This document shows positions 41,431 through 42,013 of a stretch of DNA of 42,013 nt, one piece after another. Under the pieces are notes generated by a model that was given only the letters and a program-made list of their open reading frames with translations, was not told the origin of the DNA and searched no databases. This DNA comes from a virus. Location of the stretch: the IMG/VR virus record IMGVR_UViG_3300027796_000005; one strand, written 5' to 3'. The translations under genes were made by a program, and so were the position numbers. Numbering within the stretch: the first letter of the stretch is position 1; the number at the start of each line of letters is the position of its first letter.

Positions 41431-42013
41431 ATGAATAAAGTATTTCACAGCGGCGCGAATTTCGCAACCATATCTGGTCAAATCGACCAGAATTCGATAG
41501 AGCTTGCAAATCTCATCATGAGGTCGTATTATACAACATATAACCTCATTGGCTTTGCTGCAACCGACGATGAAACGCCAGCAACTCCCAGCGCCGATGA
41601 TTGCTATCTTGCTGCTGAAGATGGTACTATTTATGATTTAGTATCGGAAAAAAACGACATTCTTCATTACACCGGATCGGCGTGGGAAATTTTAGCCTAT
41701 AAAATTAATGAAATAGTTATTGGTGGTGGTGGTGGAAGCGGTACTGTTACCAGTGTTGCCGCTGGCAACGGAATGACCTTCACAACCATTACCGGCACTG
41801 GAACCGTTACAATGGGCACTCCATCAACAATTACGAATGCCACAACCAACTCGGTAAGTGCAGGCACTCACACCCACGCGCTAACGCTTCCAACAGCAAC
41901 AACAACCGTTTTGGGTTGTGTGAAAGTCGACGGTACAAGCATCACAATTACCGATGGTGTAATATCGGCCACAACAGGTGGAAGCGGTACTGTTACCAGT
42001 GTGGCCGCTGGCA
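41431..42013 (+). CDS. Tail fibre protein 1, 5' part (continues in frame into 1..890 through the circular junction)
   Basis: ATG at 41431. Hand translation gives MNKVFHSGANFATISGQ... with no stop before the window end. It is absent from the ORF track because it has no in-window stop. Confidence 0.8.
   Translation, partial: MNKVFHSGANFATISGQIDQNSIELANLIMRSYYTTYNLIGFAATDDETPATPSADDCYLAAEDGTIYDLVSEKNDILHYTGSAWEILAYKINEIVIGGGGGSGTVTSVAAGNGMTFTTITGTGTVTMGTPSTITNATTNSVSAGTHTHALTLPTATTTVLGCVKVDGTSITITDGVISATTGGSGTVTSVAAG
41939..42013. repeat. Terminal assembly overlap (copy 2), identical to 1..75
   Basis: Exact 75-nt match to the window start. It lies inside a tandemly repeated fibre module. Confidence 0.95.

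Larger units (their letters stand above)
1..42013. mobile_element. Complete temperate tailed-phage genome, circularly closed assembly (unit 41,938 bp plus 75-bp overlap)
   Basis: nt 1-75 are identical to nt 41939-42013. Content covers an integrase/repressor switch, replication genes, protease-capsid-terminase-portal, tape measure, fibres and lysis. A fibre ORF runs in frame across the junction. Absence of SD-like sequences and a TAnnTTTG -7 box suggest a Bacteroidota host (inference). Confidence 0.85.

Overview
The window is a complete, circularly closed genome of a temperate tailed phage. The unit is 41,938 bp, and nt 1-75 are identical to nt 41939-42013. Most starts lack Shine-Dalgarno sequences and there is a TAnnTTTG-type -7 box, which suggests a Bacteroidota host (inference).

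Module map:
- Tail fibre 1 wraps the junction (41431..42013 joined to 1..890).
- 901-5807: fibre accessory genes, including a LamG-fold protein, a second fibre and a 596-aa structural protein.
- 5871-7191: lysis cassette with small membrane proteins, a holin and an M15 peptidase endolysin.
- 7261-8532 (-): tyrosine integrase, with a probable attP region next to it.
- 8766-9769: two minus-strand HTH repressor-like genes diverging from a Cro-like gene.
- 9766-10944: early operon with a LuxR/GerE regulator and a DUF4406 protein.
- 10945-11191: structured non-coding block ending in an intrinsic terminator.
- 11192-18969: replication and early genes, including an ASCH-like protein, zinc-ribbon mini-proteins, a 1003-aa Toprim primase / P-loop fusion and a DUF2829/Tad2-like protein.
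- 18970-19723: 750-bp non-coding region holding a GC-rich structured element and an ATTACA iteron array.
- 19724-27415: morphogenesis genes (ClpP-like protease/scaffold, capsid protein with an Fn3 tail, PLD-like protein, terminase).
- 27383-31627: a 4.2-kb opposite-strand accessory island inserted between terL and the portal gene.
- 31628-41424: portal, head/tail genes, a secreted-protein moron, tape measure and distal tail proteins.

The best candidates for something undescribed are three. The first is the terL-portal island, which has cassette-like conserved gene boundaries, an acr-aca-like pair, an ArdC-N-like protein and a long non-coding gap. The second is the GC-rich duplicated-hairpin element with its adjacent iteron array at 18970-19600. 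The third is the twin-repeat plus terminator block at 10945-11191. All functional calls come from motif recognition by eye. No database search was run.
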